Positions 61,682-64,000 of a stretch of DNA of 64,000 nucleotides are shown here, in pieces. The first letter of the stretch is position 1, and each line of letters begins with the position of its first letter. The translations under genes were made by a program, and so were the position numbers. Under the pieces are notes generated by a model. That model saw nothing but the letters and a program-made list of their open reading frames with translations, had not been told where the DNA came from and did no database searches. This DNA is from Okamejei kenojei. Lineage: Eukaryota. Location: positions 3,534,001-3,598,000 of the forward strand of contig CM069165.1 of the NCBI GenBank assembly GCA_035221665.1, written 5' to 3'.

Positions 61682-63392
61682 GTGAGTTGAAACAGCGTCT
61701 GTGAATACGAATAGAGGAGCGGGGGAGCGGGGGAGCAGGGGAGCGGATGAGGGAGTAAGAGGAGGGAGAGGCAGAGCGAGGGCAGAAAGAAAGAGATGAA
61801 GGAGTAGCGGAGAGTTAGAGAGGAAGAGAGGGTGAGAGAGGGTGAATAGGAGAGTAAGAGCGAGGAGGAAGAGAGAGTGAAATTAGTGCGAGTGAGAGAA
61901 AATTGGGAGATTGATGGAGGGGGGATACGGAGGGGGAGTGACAGGGGGTAGGGATAAAGAGACGGGGAGATGGGGAGAGGGATAGGGGTAGGGATAGAGG
62001 TCGTGGGGCGGAGGGGAGTATGGTGAGCTAAATAACTGAGGGTGGAAAACATTGCGGTTAGTTTGCCACAGCCAGGGATGAGCTATTAGAAATATTGTAA
62101 CTGTCGAAATTCCATACAATGGAAACCGGCATAATCAAGCTGGGGGTGCTGAGGGAGAGGGGAGGCAGATAGTGGTGTTGGAGAAAGAGAGGGGAGGGGG
62201 AGAGGCAGAGAAAGGGAGAGGGAGCGAGATGGAGGGGAGAGAGATGGTGGGGTAGGAGGGGGGGGGCGGGAGGAAAAAGAGAGGGGAGAGAGATAGAGGG
62301 AGTGTGGGCGAAAGGGGATAGGGAGAATTGGAGAGAATGTAGAATAGAGAGGGGTGGGGTGAAAGGGGAGAGATGGAGTGGGCGGAAGTGGATGGGATAC
62401 AAGCTAAGCAGTTTATAGCCGGGACTCAGAGGTGGGGAGTGGCAGGGATCGGTTGTCCAATGTCCCCGGCAAAAGGGAGCGGCGGGAGGATCAAGCGTCT
62501 CTTTGCTTCTCGCCCACCTCCTCCGTCGCCTTAGTGACATTCCTTATTTCCAGAGATGCTGCTTGTCCCGCTGAATAACGACAGCATGTGTGCCTATGTT
62601 TGGTTTAAACCAGCATCTGCATATCCTTCCAACANNNNNNNNNNNNNNNNNNNNNNNNNNNNNNNNNNNNNNNNNNNNNNNNNNNNNNNNNNNNNNNNNN
62701 NNNNNNNNNNNNNNNNNNNNNNNNNNNNNNNNNNNNNNNNNNNNNNNNNNNNNNNNNNNNNNNNNNNNNNNNNNNNNNNNNNNNNNNNNNNNNNNNNNNN
62801 NNNNNNNNNNNNNNNNNNNNNNNNNNNNNNNNNNNNTTTTCATTTTAAAAAAAAATCGGCATGATAATGTACATCGTTAAATTGCCAAAGTATAAAACAT
62901 GACATACATATTTGAAATTCATAAGTATAATTACAAGTATACAGTGCATGGATAGATATGCCGCTGTACATGAACTCGCAATAGGCCTATAGCCCTTTAT
63001 TGATTGCTACACGTTCTTGCANNNNNNNNNNNNNNNNNNNNNNNNNNNNNNNNNNNNNNNNNNNNNNNNNNNNNNNNNNNNNNNNNNNNNNNNNNNNNNN
63101 NNNNNNNNNNNNNNNNNNNNNNNNNNNNNNNNNNNNNNNNNNNNNNNNNNNNNNNNNNNNNNNNNNNNNNNNNNNNNNNNCTCTGTTCCCCCTCTCTCAC
63201 TCATCTCTTTCTCCCTGTCTCTATCTCTCCGCCCCCTCTCTGTGTGTCCTCTCTCTCCGTCTCTATCTGTCTCTCTATCTCCCCATCTGTCAATCTCTCT
63301 GTCTCTCTCTGTCACTCTCTGTCACTCAAGTGTCACTCTCTGTCACTATCTTTCTCTCTATGTGTTTCTTTCTTTGTCTCTTACTCTTTCTG

Positions 63393-63473
<81 letters not shown>

Positions 63474-63945
63474 GCATGTTTAACTGTTTCTTTCAGGGAG
63501 CTGTAGATTTGGACAGCAATATATCTCTATCTGTGTTTGTACTACCTGTAGTACACTATATTTTTTTATCCAGAAACCTCGATGGATTCAGTTGGTTTAT
63601 AATCAGCAGAAATTCTGGTTTATCTAACGTACAAGACATTGCAAAGTCCGCACTTGGAGTATTGTTTTCAATTTTGGTCGCCCCGCTATAGAAAGCATGT
63701 TGTTAAGCTGGACAGGGAGCAGAAGTTATTTAAATGTTTCAACTACCTCCTCTGGCAGCTCGTTCCATATGCCCACCACCATCTGTGTGAAAAAAGTTGC
63801 CTCAGTTTCCTACTAAATCCTTGTCCCTCTTAACCTAAACCTACGTTCCTGATCCCCCTATCCTGGGTGTAAAATACTTCGTGCATTCACCTGACCTATT
63901 CCCTCCCACGGTGCGGGGTATCAATTACTAATGGGCATAGGTTTG

Positions 63946-64000
63946 GGGTGGCACAGTGGTACAGCGGTAGAGTTGATGTCTTACAGCGCCTGAGACCCAG
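63946..64000 (+). mobile_element. tRNA-derived SINE 5' end, truncated by the window edge
   Basis: ggggtggcacagtggtacagcggtagagttg...acagcgcctgagaccc. Confidence 0.7.

Noticed and set aside
63497-63691. TCR constant exon after a pyrimidine tract and tttcAG
   Set aside because: No Ig C1-set Cys/Trp pattern in any frame; the sequence is paralogous to non-coding 60890-60996 and then runs into CR1

Overview
Vertebrate genomic DNA, most likely a cartilaginous fish (skate/ray-like repeat complement; an inference). The left third (1-22.3 kb) is a 33/36/37-bp satellite array with a ~2.07-kb higher-order unit. It is interrupted by a structurally complete but coding-degenerate DIRS1-type tyrosine-recombinase retrotransposon and a short CR1 tail. 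The middle is transposon debris, a near-intact full-length CR1 LINE (992-aa ORF2), and one isolated 46-nt exon that matches MAP2K1/MEK1 (LIKNPAERADLKQLM) with intact splice sites. The right 25 kb holds part of a T-cell receptor beta locus that the ORF track largely misses. It contains one V segment with a canonical-type 23-RSS on the MINUS strand, then on the plus strand D1 - J1 - J2 - D2 - J3 - J4, each with 12/23 recombination signals and splice donors where expected. There is no constant exon between the two D-J clusters or anywhere in the readable sequence. The most notable points are the lone inverted V 5' of D1, the D-J-J-D-J-J architecture, and the orphan MAP2K1 exon. Seven assembly gaps limit certainty, two of them between V and D1.
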